This document shows, one piece after another, positions 49,781-63,642 of a stretch of DNA of 64,000 bases. The notes under the pieces were generated by a model. It was not told the origin of the DNA, made no database searches, and was given only the letters and a program-made list of their open reading frames with translations. Each line of letters opens with the position of its first letter. Position 1 is the first letter of the stretch. Source of the DNA: Epiperipatus broadwayi (Eukaryota > Animalia > Onychophora). The stretch spans positions 12,524,001 to 12,588,000 of the forward strand of contig JAQFVV010000004.1 in the NCBI GenBank assembly GCA_028023455.1. The letters run 5' to 3'. Made by a program: the position numbers and the translations under genes.

Positions 49781-51589
49781 TTGTATGAGAATGCTATAGT
49801 AAAAATTACACTACAGAAATATTATTCATTAAGTGGATAATCTCAAGTCTAATGAATGACTAATAAAAATTATTACCATATAATCAAAAACTGATTTGAA
49901 TAAACTATGCAGAAATAAACAATGCTAAAATTGTGAAGAAAAAAATAGATTTTAAATTTTAAATGGATTTTTTTATTATATTTATTTGTTCGGATTGTTA
50001 TAATTTAAAATAAATTAAACTGATTTCTAAATATTCTATGTTAAATCATGTATCTTAATGACATTGACTCACTAAATTTATAATGTAGGTCTAAAATTGA
50101 GATAAAATAATTTATTTTAAGAAAGTAGCAAGCAATATCAAGTTCACCACTGATGATGATGATTATTGATCGTAGTATTCTATTTCCTTGCTCCACATAA
50201 ATTAGTTTTAAATACGATATGCCCACTCTTCCAACAGACATATATGTATATACATTTTAATGAAATGAAGCAGATAAAATATGTGAGGTTAATTAACCAA
50301 TTACAAGTTCATACCTTGCTTTTACTTATAAATAGCTCCATTTTTGTTACTGATTATATATAAATTTTAATATGTATAGGTGCAAGAAAATATAAGTCAA
50401 AATAATTAAATACTTAAGTATTATAACCATGTAAGTACACTTTATCCCCATATGTGCTGTATGATGGGTTACCATTTCTTGTCGTTGTTTGCATACTTAA
50501 CGTTACTAATAATAACACCAAAATAATATTCACATATGACCATAACTGAAGATTATTATAGTACAAATGCGTATATATATATATTTACATTATTCAGGTT
50601 TAAGTTTAGTTGCTTTTTACAGATAAATATTATATATATACAATACTTTATTTGTTTAATTTTTCTTTATATTAGTACTTATATTACTGACAATCTAATA
50701 ATTTGTTTCAAAAAAGTTTCCACGTTATTGATAAAATCTTTCTGCGTTTTTTTCCCTTATGACAAAGCAGACATTTTCAGCCTCCATATATTTTTATATC
50801 AATCATCTTAACTTAAAAGAGCAGCTTTTGCAATATCAAAAGTCCAATGAATACCAATGCGAATTGATTTATAAAAATAGAGATGGGGGAGGGGATCTAT
50901 TCAAATATGAAATAGTCAATAATTTAAGTTTATAATAATAAGAAAAAAAAATTATTTAACAATAAATTTATATCTTTGGTGAACTTTTTTAAAAATTAAA
51001 TCTCAATTTTGTTTTTAAAAAAGAGGAAATTAACACGGCAGATTTTAAATTAGTAATGCATATTTATATGAAATTAAGATTTTATAATTTGGGTCTCAAA
51101 TGTAACGGAATATCATTTTAAGAATAAATATTTTGGATTGACCTTTCATATCTCATCACCCTAAAATCAGCTACAAAGAGTAACATAATGATGATGGAAC
51201 TTATTGTTGATGACGAAATCATCACAACCCCAATAATAACTCTGGTTATTGAATCATTACAATGCTATAGAGGGCCACAATTTTACCAACCTTATTATAT
51301 GTCCATTATTTCTCATAATGTTTAAACTCATTGAAACATGACTTTTAGTATACATATAAGCCAGATATAAAATTGGCATAATGAATACAGAATTAAGAAT
51401 GATTTAATTTAACTTAAATATATAAGTATTTGGATTAATAAAAATAAATGCAGGCACAAATAAATTGGACTCTCTAATTTTTATAAATAAAATGAAGATT
51501 TACTATTTAATTTTCTGCCTAACTTATTGTTTGGTATACCTTGACTAAATGTACCGCTAATTAATGACTTACTTTAAATGAGGGGTCAG

Positions 51590-53907
51590 CAACCCCAGGT
51601 CCATGGGCCACATCTCATGACAGATTTTTGTTCAGATGTCCAGTTTAATAACTGGACACCAATTGTCTAGAGATTAGATAATTAGTAGTCAATGGTTAGA
51701 CATCATGCACCGGCAAATGTTTAATAAAAATTTATTCACGATTATTAAATCTCATCACGTTACTGTATCTGCAGATACATTTGCTTTCAATGTTTCTTAT
51801 TTCTCAATACTGATTTATTTTTTTATCTTTCATTTCCAGAAGTTTTTTTTTTTTCTAAATAAAAACAAACCCATGCATACCAAGAAAAAAAAAGGTAGCT
51901 TTTGAGTGTTGAAATTTTAACAAAGGTTGGACACATAGCTATTTTTTCATTGAGAATTTTGGGAAATGTATTTGTTTCATTTGTCAAGGTATCATTGCCA
52001 TGAAGAAAGTTTCAAATATTAAACAGCACTAAGAAACTCATCATAATCATTACAACAATTTTAGGGGGAAAACCCAAGAAGACAAAGTTGTATGGCTGAG
52101 AAATAATTTAACAAACCAGTCATCCTTTTTCACAAGAAAAGTGAATGAAATTGACCAAAACACTCATGCTAGCTATGAGGTGTCAAAACTAATTGCAGAA
52201 AAGATGAAACCTTTCACTGTCAAAGAATGTACATGGAAAGAAGTGACTGTTGTTTGTCCAGAAAAAAGGGAATTATTTTCTGCAGTAAGCTTATTGGCAA
52301 GAACTGTAACAAGATGAATTGTAAGATCTGGCAGGAAATTCAGAAGTAGCTTAAAGGGCATTTCAACAAATCGGTAATATTAGTCCATTGTTATTGATGA
52401 AACCACAGGTGTGACAGATACTTTCCAATTTGCTAAATTTGTGAGGGGTGTAATACTGACATTTGATATTGTGGAAGAATTTGTACAATTGATTCTTATG
52501 GAGGACATAGCACTAGAGAAAATATTTTGGGAGTAAATATAAAATCTATTTCTGAAATAAATCATGGTTTATCAAAGTTTATTGGAGTAATGGCAGATGG
52601 AGCACTGGCAATGGTTGGAGAGAAAAAGGGGGTTGTTTCATTGTTCAAGAACACATAGGTAATGATCAAAAACTAATCAAACTTCCCTGCATTATTCATT
52701 AGGGTGCATTATGTGCAAAGTCATTGTTTAAGAATATCATGGCAGTGGTCATAAAAACAGTAAATTCTATATTTTCAAGAGGACTAAATCACCATCAGTT
52801 TCAAGAATTTCTAAAACAAATTTAAGTAGAGTATGGTGATCTTATATATCTTTCAAATGTTTTTTGGCTTAGTCAAGAAAAATACTCTGCATTGAGGCAA
52901 CAGATTGCTATGTTTTTAGAGAGCAAAGACCAAGATAATTCTTCCTTTTAGGATCCACAATGATTTTTACATTAGCATTTATGATAGATATCAAATTTGA
53001 ATCTAGAGCTTCAAGAAAAGAACAAACTAATATTTGAAATCTTCAGTCAAATTACTGCTTTTGAAAAAAAATTTTGACTGGCGAAATCACAAGTTCAGAC
53101 AGGCAACTACTCTTATTTTACAAATCTCCAAAATCACAAGAAAGATATAATACCAGACAGTTCTGTGAGTTCTATTCAGGATTTGAGAAGTGAGTTTTTC
53201 TCCCATTTTGTGGACTTTAAGAAATATAAAAATCAATTTATATTATTTGGTTCTCCTTATGATGAAGTTGATATGGAGCAAGTGGTACAAAAATATCAGT
53301 TGGAGTTAATTGACTTAGAATGTGATGAATTCCACTGCGCACTTCAACAAAAAATATGTATTGACAAGCAGAAAATATAAAAATATCTTGAACAATGCAA
53401 AAATGATGGTATAATTATTTGAAAGTACATATGCTTGTGAGCAACTTTTTTCAAAAATGAAATATTCTAAAAGTCATTTAAGAACAAAGTTTCATGATGA
53501 CCCATTTAAGAACAAAGTTTCATGATGACCACCTGAGTAATGTTTTGCTTCTGGCACCAACAAACATTTCTCTTGATCTAGAGAAGTTAGAAAACAATAA
53601 ACAGAAACAAATGTCACATTAATTTTCCATTTTTAATTGTATTTTGTTTATAATAAGGAATTTGCAATTTTTGTTGTGTTTGCAGTAATTATTTTACTGT
53701 TATTCCTACAGTTAAATAAGAAACCTTGTTTAAATAAAATTACATTGATTTCTTTGTTTTCTTTAAATATCCAGACCAAGGTAGCTTTCTGGACTGAAAA
53801 GTCTAAAGTCAAGATGATTTATTTGTAAAACATTTGATATCATAGCCTTCCTTCAAGATACTGCATAGAAGTCTAGCCCTCTCTCTCCAAAAGGTTGTCA
53901 ATCCCTG
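51590..53907 (+). mobile_element. hAT DNA transposon (Charlie/SPIN-like, GTF2IRD2/EPM2AIP1-type transposase relic) with TIRs and an 8-bp TSD
   Basis: Left end (G)AGGGGTCAGCAACC, right end GGTTGTCAATCCCTG; TSD CTTTAAAT (51582-51589) and CTCTAAAT (53908-53915); remnants HASYEVSKLIAEKMKPFT, VIDETT, DGALAMVGEKKG, RGLNHHQFQEFL, EYGDLIY. Confidence 0.9.
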
Positions 53908-54012
53908 CTCTAAATGATTGTTAGCATTGACATATGATTTTTAGATGTGTATAAATAAAACATTGAATTCTGGTAGGTGTGAGACTTAGGGAATGAAATG
54001 GAAGGGAGTGAA

Positions 54013-54443
<431 letters not shown>

Positions 54444-55844
54444 AACTTATCCATATCTAATTTCTTCATTTTTATCTTGCTTTAACCTCTTTCATCATTC
54501 CTCATTCTACACTATTTAATCATGTATATGTTATTTCTTTAACCATTTTTCATATTATACAAAATATACTGTAGTGATCTTATCTTTATTTTGGGGTGGA
54601 ATGTACATTAAAACAGAACTTTTTCTCAGAGCACCATCAATAATGCTAATTAATAGATCAGTACTACAGCATACAGATTTAGGGTTCTACATACAATCTT
54701 ATTATAAATTATGTTATGTACAACAATGTGTTAAAGTTATTGTAATATGATTCTGAACATATACAATAATAACAATAAACAGATCTTACTTTATTTTATT
54801 TAATTAATCAATCTACTGGTTTCAACTGATCAGCAGAGTGAGAAGAACTATTATAATGTGATCTTTACCAGTAGAATGTTTGGTTTGAATACTTTAAAAT
54901 TGTATATTGAGTGTGCATGTTTGCATATTTTCACATTACATGAAATTATGGTTTAGTGAATGTTTAATATATTTTGTTATTTAAGTCTATGTGATGATGA
55001 TTTTTTGCAATCTACTACATAATATTTCTCACTTATAATATTTGACTTTGCATATTTATATTATTTGCTCGAGTTTTTCATTATACACATATTTTTTTTA
55101 CAATTATTTATTGTGTGCATCTTTTGTGTTGACTCCATTTGCATTGAAATGTTGGTAAAATTTATATTTCTATTCGTACAAATTTAGTATAAAATGATAA
55201 TATGATACAGTAAGAGTTTGAAAGAATGAAGATATTTTTTAAAAATAATAAAATATTTAATAATTTCTAAAAAATAGTGAAATAAAAGATTTTATTAAAT
55301 ACATACAAATTAATAACTAAATTACAAGATATATTAGGAATAGTCATTTTCTATTGTGAAAATTAGATGTTACATTTGTATTCTTACTAATTATTATTAT
55401 AATTAAAATTTTTCTGTAAAGATAGAATGAGTGTTATGAAAAAACAATGTTTACTCATTCTTTTGGAAACATTTTATCAATGAATGAATGTAATATTAAC
55501 TGATAATAAATTCTGAATAATAGATTTAAATTTGATAGAAAAAAAAAACAACATTATACATCTTTATATTCATGTTTTATTAATTTTGTAAATTGTTTTT
55601 TTAACTTCATTTTCAATTTTTGTTTGATTTTAAACATTAAAATTTGAATATTATTTTTCTATTTTTACAAAAAAAGAAAAAAAAGCTTTCAAAATAAACA
55701 TTTTTTTTCAATTTTAATTTCAAATAAAAAATTTTATTACATAGTATTAGTTTGTTTTTCATATATGTGTATTTACAAAATTTCTTGTCTGTTTATTGGC
55801 TACTAAGCTGCCTTCTCAGTTTTTGTTGGTTCACTTTCAAGATC

Positions 55845-55950
55845 CATTGATGGCGAGTGGTCAGCACAGCTGCCTTACAAGCAGTTGTTCCAGCTTAGCG
55901 GGTTCGCTTCCCAGACGATGCTTTGACACATGGAAAAAAAGAAAAAATCA
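55845..55950 (+). mobile_element. Short tRNA-derived SINE-like element
   Basis: TGGCGAGTGG A-box like; AGCTGC cttacaa GCAGTT anticodon-like hairpin; GGGTTCGCTTCC B-box like; homolog at 29160. Confidence 0.65.
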
Positions 55951-56311
55951 TTACTGTGGTCAGTATCATACTGAATAATTACAGTTTTATAAAAATTAGC
56001 TTTAAAAAGAAATTATAACAAAATATAAAAGAAAATGTGTTGATTAAACAACATACAATATTTATCTCCTAATTAGTCACTCAGTTTATCTAGAATTTAA
56101 TAAATTTATCAACATAATGTCATTTCCACCCACCTAGTTATGAAATATGTTTACAATTGTTAATCAAATATTTTGTTTTAAATTTTATTTTAATTATTTT
56201 AAAATTAATGCGTCCTAATATATTTTGTTATGCATATATATACTTTCTGCCTAGCAAAATGTTGAAAAATCTTTAATTTAAAAATTCCTAACAAATATTC
56301 AACATATATAT

Positions 56312-57794
56312 CAGGGGTGTCCAAGATGTCAACCACAGTCGACCAGTCGATCGCAAGGCCTCTGAAAGTCCACTGCATAATTTTTTTTTTTTTGTAAAAT
56401 TAGTATCTAATTTATTTTAATATAATTCTAAAACAATTTTTTTTTTCTTGAATTTTTTTAAAAATTCAGGACAAGCTTTAGAAAATAATTTATAGCCAAT
56501 TTAAAATTGTAATTTAATAAATATTTTATAAAGCGACATGTACAAATTATAATACTAGAGGGAGCTGAGATAATTTAACCTTTGACCTGATGAATTTTCT
56601 TATTGGCCAGATTGAGTAAAAATTTGAGTGATTTGATTCATTAAACACAGATCTAGCCAGTTTCCTTTCTGAAATATATCAATGTATAATAATCATAATT
56701 GTTTTAATTTAGCTTTTAAAAATTGAATTATTTTACATTCAAATTGGTTAAATGTAATGAAAAATTTAAAATAACGTTAATAACTGAAGAAAAACATATG
56801 AAAATAGCCTGCAATAAAACAAAAAAATTATATTTCAACCAATCATTACATGAAAATGCAGATGATTTCTTGTGTCTTAAAAATTATGATAACTGATTAT
56901 TCAATTCTGATGTCTTTTCTTCATCTAAAATTAAATATTTTAAATAAAAATCTAAATCTAGCCGCATTATTAGTCAATATAGTGTAAAATGCAATCATAA
57001 AATCCATAAATATTCATGAAAAATAGTTGTGTTTCAGCTATAACTGAATGTCATTGATATGCAAATAGCAGTCAATGTTATCCACTTGTCTTGAATAGCA
57101 GTCAAGTGCTATTCACTGTCCTTTGATTATTTTTCTTCTAAAATTTAAAAATTTTTAAATCAAAGTTTAGTTTATATTTAGGTAAATTAATGTAAAAACT
57201 TAATTATGAATGTAAAAAATTACAAGAAATATATTTATTTATGTTCAAAATCTATTATGAAAGCAATAGCAACAACATTATACACTTGTCTTGAATAGTG
57301 ATCCAGGGCTATTCACTTTTTCTTGATTATTCTTCTTATAAAATTTAAAAATTTCCCAAATCAAACTTTATATTTAGGTAAATTAATATAAAACTTAATT
57401 ATGAATGTAAAAAATTATGAGAAATATATTACATTCAAAATCTATTATGAAAGCATAAAACATTTTGATTTGATTTCTGACTATGACAGTTAGTAATACC
57501 TGAAGAACAATAGCCAAAGTAGACATTCATTGCTTTGTGGTACTTTATAAGGGAAAAGAGATGCGACTATATACAATAGATCACAATCAGAAATCATTTT
57601 TAAATGAAAAATACTGCCAATAGTAGATATTTTTAGAATTAAAATTTAAATACTGATAAAGCTATGAATTTACAATAAAATAGGTATAAAATAGCGAAAA
57701 TGGCCCCGAGATGGTGCAAAATTTTTCTAGTTTCCGGTTTGAAGTCCTAAAAAAACTGTAGTCACCCCAACATATAAAAGTTTTCCCACCCCTG
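56312..57794. mobile_element. Non-autonomous hAT element of about 1.5 kb
   Basis: CAGGGGTGTCCAA left end, TTTTCCCACCCCTG right end; flanks ATATATAT and TTATATTT (6/8, central TA). Confidence 0.65.
57062..57455 (+). repeat. Two tandem units of about 195 bp inside the hAT element
   Basis: cacttgtcttgaatag..ctattcact..aaaatttaaaaattt..tttatatttaggtaaattaat..caaaatctattatgaaagca occurs twice. Confidence 0.9.
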
Positions 57795-59100
57795 TTATAT
57801 TTAATGAAAGTTCTTAATACATATTTATATAGATAAAGAATAAAATTATTGATTCTGGTACTTTTTAAAAAATGTATTTTTATTTCCACATAGCAATATG
57901 TTAATACTGGTTCTTTGGATTCTCATCAATCATAATTGGAGTTCATCTCAAACTTCTAGATTTTTAATTCAATTTCATCAAGTGGTCTATTTCTGCATAT
58001 CAGCAAGCTAGGTAAACATCTGAGAAATAGAATCACTTCAATTATTGGCAGTCAGTAGCTATATTTTATAGTATTATCATCCTAAGTGTGCAAGACATAG
58101 CATGGCATTTGTTTACTTTTTGAAAGACTATATATGAGTCAAGAGATGAAGCTTTCCATAATACCTGGAATATGGTTAAACTAAAAATACAGCACCCTAC
58201 TCTATATGGGTAGTTACTACTATTGCTATTATGATGGTCAGATGTCATACTTATAACTTGTTTCTTTTTTTTTGCTGCATATAGTTAATCCAACTCTGTC
58301 TCTACATAGTAAGCTCAATCTTAAACACACTCAAAATGTTGCTTTCTCTCTAAATTAGCTTCTTAGGTCCCTAAATTTTTTAAAACTCATTTATCTAACC
58401 TGTATAATACCTAATCAAAGCATGTTTAATCCAGCTCATTTCCTTCTGTCAAGATATTTTGCTTTACTGTTAATTGCTCTTATTTGTCTGAATGTGGATT
58501 TAATTAAATTGATTTGGCATATTAAAATAGGCTTTTATTTTTCAAAAATTTAATTAAAGATAATTAGTTGTTTTGTGACTGGTATTTACATTTCTTTTTT
58601 TTATTCAATTATACATAAAACTGAATTTTTAAAAATAAATTATCATTTTATAATTTCATTGACAAAATTCCATCCCTACTACAGTTTTTTTAAATTTGAT
58701 TAGATAAATATTTCATATTTTTACATTTAATTTTTCTAAATTTAGATTTATTTTTTACATTTAAAAAGTTGTAAATATTTTCACTCCCATCTCACATCCC
58801 TGTTAAAAATTGCATTGCCCTTTTTTATATAGTATTATAATATTAATTTTTACTTCACTTGTATATGTGATTCTTTTGCATACATACGTGTGTATGCTTT
58901 ACAAAGCAACAATATGAAACATGACAACTAAGATTATGGTGCTCGAAACTGAAAATGTACTCAGCTAAATTAAGAAAAAAATTCAAATCGATTCATAAAG
59001 TATACACAACACAAATATGTATAGAAGGGTTACATATAATACTATATATACTTATTTACATTACTAACTACTAATAACATGAAAAGCTGAAACCTATGAC

Positions 59101-59558
59101 AATGCTTATATGACAGCCAATCAGATGTAATAATGACTGCACAGAGAACTCTCAATTCAAAATACAAAACAACGATTTTACGAGAAAAAGATGGTCTTAC
59201 CTTCTTCTCTACTTAAATTTATATATAAATAAGCCAGACTCAAGCATTTTGAACTATGAGCATGAAGATTTAAATACCTTCACATTTAATTCACTAAATA
59301 TTATATATAAATAAACAATGTGAAATCTTTCGATTTTCTACAAAGTAATTTTCAAATCTACTGAAATAATAGTAACAAAGCGCAAGCAGATGATATAATA
59401 ATAGCATGAGGCTGATACATTTGACAGATGCACCTTTAAAATGCTTATATGACAGCCAATCAAATAAAATAATGACTGCACAGGGAACTCTCAATTTAAA
59501 ACACACGGCAAAGATTTTACAAAAAAAAATATGGTTCCACCTTCTTCTCTACTTAAAT
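59101..59558 (+). repeat. About 118-bp direct repeat pair (59101-59218 and 59440-59558)
   Basis: aatgcttatatgacagccaatca..taatgactgcacag(a/g)gaactctcaatt..accttcttctctacttaaat occurs twice. Confidence 0.9.
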
Positions 59559-60052
59559 AACTACTGAAACTCTTTTGCCTATTCTTAAACTTAATAATTT
59601 TATAATCCTCCTTTAACTTGAGATTGACTAATTGGCATTAATAATAATATGCCCAGCATTATATTGTAAAATATTTACATTTGAATCATTTCTTTTTACT
59701 GGCTTCACTATATGTAGCCATTATTAATAAACCATTAGAGTAACTAATATATTTTTTCTCAGTTTTTTTATTTATTTCTTTTGTGTCAAATATTTAATTA
59801 AACTTTCCTAACCCAACTTTAAAGTTCAATGATATCTTTGGGTTTAGAAAGAATCTACTACTGGTCAAATTCATAAAATCATAATACAATTTATACATAA
59901 AATTCCAAGGGTCTGCTCCCATAATTATTATATCTAAAAAATTATAATAAATATACTATTACCCAAATCAATTATCTTCATGATATCTGGTATTATGCTT
60001 AACTAATTACGCAGATTACTTGTGAATGTCACTGTATAATTTCTGCTAGCAC

Positions 60053-60810
60053 TGTGATGGATGTTTATTTACATGTATGTGACATGCCATATCTGACCTT
60101 GTCTTCAGAAGTGGACTAATCCAGATTCCTTCCTTAGGTCATCAGATTGAGCATGCATTGCTGCTAATCAATGTGTAAACATGTAAATAACCAATGTACA
60201 AACATGGTCAAAGGGTAAAATATAAGTATGGCCAATGTGTAAACATGTGTATAAAATCCTACCATTGGTTAGGCTCTCTAAAACTGGTTGTTGTCAGTAA
60301 GGGAGGGAATCTGGCAATAGTCAGCCTTTTTGGAGGCAAACCAGAAAACATTGGTCTAACCTAAATAATAGTATGTACTCTTTAAAAAGAGAACATCAAT
60401 GTGGTCTCTATTGAAACCACTTCCAATAGTGAAGGTGTTTCTACTATATTCACTGCCAATATATCTATGCAGTGAGGCAAGTCCACAATAGGACTGGAAG
60501 TGGCTAGACTCAAGGCAAGCTGCCTAGTACAGCCGGAAAAGTTCATTTAACAAACTCGAGGCAAGCTGTCCCTGGAAGACTTAAGACTAGAACTCATGAG
60601 GCAAGTTAATATATACAGCTGGAAGTGAGTCCAACCATTTGGCATGACCACTACATTATTGACTAAGTTATAAGTCAAATTGTATTTAATGATTGTATAA
60701 TATGTATGTATATTTGTTCTAATAAATTATGCATATTAAATTGTGTGTTCATATTTTTTGATATTAATGTTAGTTTGAGTCTGAACCCTGCAATTCAGCC
60801 AAACACAACA
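60053..60810 (+). repeat. 5' LTR (TG..CA)
   Basis: Starts TGTGATGG, ends AAACACAACA; 60230-60810 aligns with 63026-63642. Confidence 0.8.
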
Positions 60811-60814
60811 GATT

Positions 60815-60826
60815 TGGCCCAGTCAG
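60815..60826 (+). promoter_or_regulatory. Putative primer-binding site
   Basis: TGGCCCAGTCAG 4 nt after the LTR, resembling TGGCGCAGTCGG-type (tRNA-Ser-like) gypsy PBS after decay. Confidence 0.4.
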
Positions 60827-61606
60827 ATAAAAGGAAATTTTTTCCTGCAACTGGAAAAATAGTATAAAATATGCCATACAACAGATTTGGAGCAGTTTGA
60901 CAAACGTATGGAGTAAATACGTGAGTGCGCATTTAAAGACATTCGTTGTATTAAAATCACTTTCCTGCCTGAATAAAAAACAGATTTGACAGTTTGGAAA
61001 AAATATGTGAGTGCAAAACAAATAGATATATCATATTTCCAAATCAGTGATAAAATACATCACTTAGATCTGCTCAAATATACAGCAGATTCCGCAGAGA
61101 AAAAAGAAATATTTTTCTCCATTAACTGCAAAAACAGAATAAAATAAGCCAGTTCCAACAGAATTGGCTGGAAAAAAAGGGAAATACGTGAGTGTGGCTA
61201 AAGACATTCAACGTATTTATATTACAATGATTATTAAAATTCACTTAAATCTGTTCTAATGAAAAAATTGACCACAAACATATATGCATGTCAATTAAAA
61301 GCTTCATCCAATCATAAGAGCTTTTTTTACTCACAACAAAGCACCAGAAGCTCGCCCTAGTAGATAGTTAGCTTTGTAAGTATCAATTATTTTTAAACAG
61401 ATACAAACCATAGTAGTAAAATTAAAATTATGAGTGGTAACTCCCAAAAATAAAAATTTTATTTCTTAGACAGTTACAAACTGTAGCTGTAAAATTTAAA
61501 TTACGAATAGTAACTCGAAAAAATTAAAATTATGAGTACTAACTTGCAAAAAAAAAAAAAAAATGTTATTATTTCTCTTACAAGTTAAAAAAAGAGAAAT
61601 ATATCA

Positions 61607-61920
61607 ATGGCTAATTCTATTGGTTCTATGGAAGCGTTTGATCCTGTTCAGCCTGAGGGCTGGACTAAAAGAAGCGATTAATATTTTACCTATAGGCTAA
61701 CCAGATCAAGAAGCCTGAGGTAAAAGTAGCCACAGTAATGACAATAATTGGATCTCAGACTTATGAGATACTGAGTCATAATCTACATCAGAAAAGCCAT
61801 CTGACCTGGATTTTGATTAAACCTTAGCGACTCTCACTGATTATTTTCTCCCAAAACATTTGACAATAATGTAAAGATGTTATTTCAATCTCGCATTCAA
61901 AAAGAGCATGGGGAAAAAGC
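61607..61920 (+). pseudogene. Gypsy gag N-terminus
   Basis: MANSIGSMEAFDPVQPEGW, ANQIKKPEVKVATVMTIIGSQTYEIL, EKPSDLDF, FLPKHLTI, FQSRIQKE (frameshifted). Confidence 0.8.
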
Positions 61921-63025
61921 TAGAGTTCACAACATGAATATGGACATTGGCCTAAAGACTTCCTGAATGAAGCACTTCATGGTCGTTTTATTAACAGCAT
62001 AAACAATTACATCTTAAGACTCAAACTACTAATGATGCTAGATTTAGATATTGAAACAACTGTAGTCCAAGCAGTTCTAGCAGAATCAGTAGCTATTCAG
62101 GTAAACTCATTAAAAAAATTACTAAGTACAATGTGCAAAAAATCAAGCATAACACTGGGTCAGTCAGACACCCAGACAGCTCATTATAATTCAACAACAA
62201 TGGGGGTAAAGAATTGATATAGATACAATAAACAAATGCACAGACATACAGATGCCCCCATTGCTATACAAGATGTATGTTTTGCAAGTTAGTCAGGCAT
62301 ATAAAGGCTGCATGTCTGAAATTAAAAAGACAGACAGCCGATATGAGAATGAAAAAACCAATTCCAAAAAATAAACAAGTTGCCTCTATAAATCTTATTA
62401 AAGAAATTCTAGATTTAGACACAGTATTATAATTAATGATATGCCAATTACAATGGAACTGGACACACAGTCTGCAGTGTCTTTGTTTCAAAAAAGACCT
62501 GGCCTATCATTAATAAGAATAATGAATGTAAGCTGTAGACTAACAGTAAGTCAATCTCAGACTACCATGGCAATAAAATAAAACTGTTGGGCCAAACAAC
62601 TGCTAGTGACATCAGGTAATCATAGTAATTTATTAGGTCATAACTGGTTCGGTCACTGAGGTTAAGCAGTGACAAAAGTGAACCAGGTCACAACATTAGG
62701 CAAAATGAATACATAAAGCTGAAACATCTGGATTGTCAGAACACTGCTAGCACATCATTCCAAACCAATTACAGCAACAGGAAAGACTCCAGCAGAACTA
62801 TTATTCAATAGATCTCTGGGAACTAACCCATCAGCCCTGAAATCTAATTCTGAATATGTAGAAAAAGAAAACAACAAAATAAAATTACAAATGAGCACCC
62901 ACATGCTTTGCAGAAAGTACTATGAATCCACAAAAATTGATACCAGCAGTGGTTTACACAACTGAAAGGACTTTATATTGTAGTAGTTCAAACAGCTGAT
63001 GGATATCAACATCATTGTCATCTAA

Positions 63026-63642
63026 ACCAATATGTAAACATGTGTATAAAATCCTATCATTGGTTAGACTCTCTTAAACTGACTGCTGCCATTAAGAGAG
63101 AGGATTTGGCAATAAATAGTCATCCTTTTGGAGGCAAGTCAGAAAACATCTGTCTAACCTAAATGATAGTACACGCTATTAAGAGAGAGAACATCTGTCT
63201 ATCTGAATGACTGAATATGCCCTCCATTGAAACCATTCTCAATAGTGAAGATGTTTCTACTATATTCACTAGAAATATATCTACACAGTGAGGCAAGTCC
63301 ATGATATGGCTGGACGCTGCTAGGACGATGGTATACTCGAGGCAAGCTGTCTAGTACAGCCAGAAAAGTCATTTAACAAACTTGAGGCATGCTGTCTCAT
63401 ACAGCCAGAAGAGTTGAGACTAGAACTCATGGGGCAAGCTAATGTATACAGCTGGAAGTGAGTTCAGTCATTCGACACAACCAGCTCATATATGAAGTTA
63501 TATGTCAAATTGTATTTATTGATTGTATAATATGTATGTAGATTTATTCTAATAAATTGCACATATTAAACTCTGAGTGTCCATATTTTTTGATATGACT
63601 GTTGGTTTGAGTTTGAACCCAGCAATTCAGCCAAATATAATA
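63026..63642 (+). repeat. 3' LTR, 5'-truncated
   Basis: Aligns to 60230-60810; lacks the first approximately 175 bp of the 5' LTR. Confidence 0.85.

Larger units (their letters stand above)
60053..63642 (+). mobile_element. Internally deleted Ty3/Gypsy LTR retrotransposon
   Basis: Two homologous LTRs; gag remnant, CCHC remnant near 62215-62300 and integrase tail TATGKTPAELLFNRSL near 62775-62820; flanks AGCAC and TGCAC (possible 5-bp TSD with one mismatch). Confidence 0.85.

Noticed and set aside
51200-51230. TTGATGA-C-GAAA-TCATC resembling an HHR lacking stem II
   Set aside because: Better explained as a simple GATGA/TCATC hairpin; stem I register does not fit.
60115-60150. CTGATGA on the minus strand within the Gypsy LTR (LTR-retrozyme idea)
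   Set aside because: Followed by GAAT rather than GAAA and lacks stems I and III.
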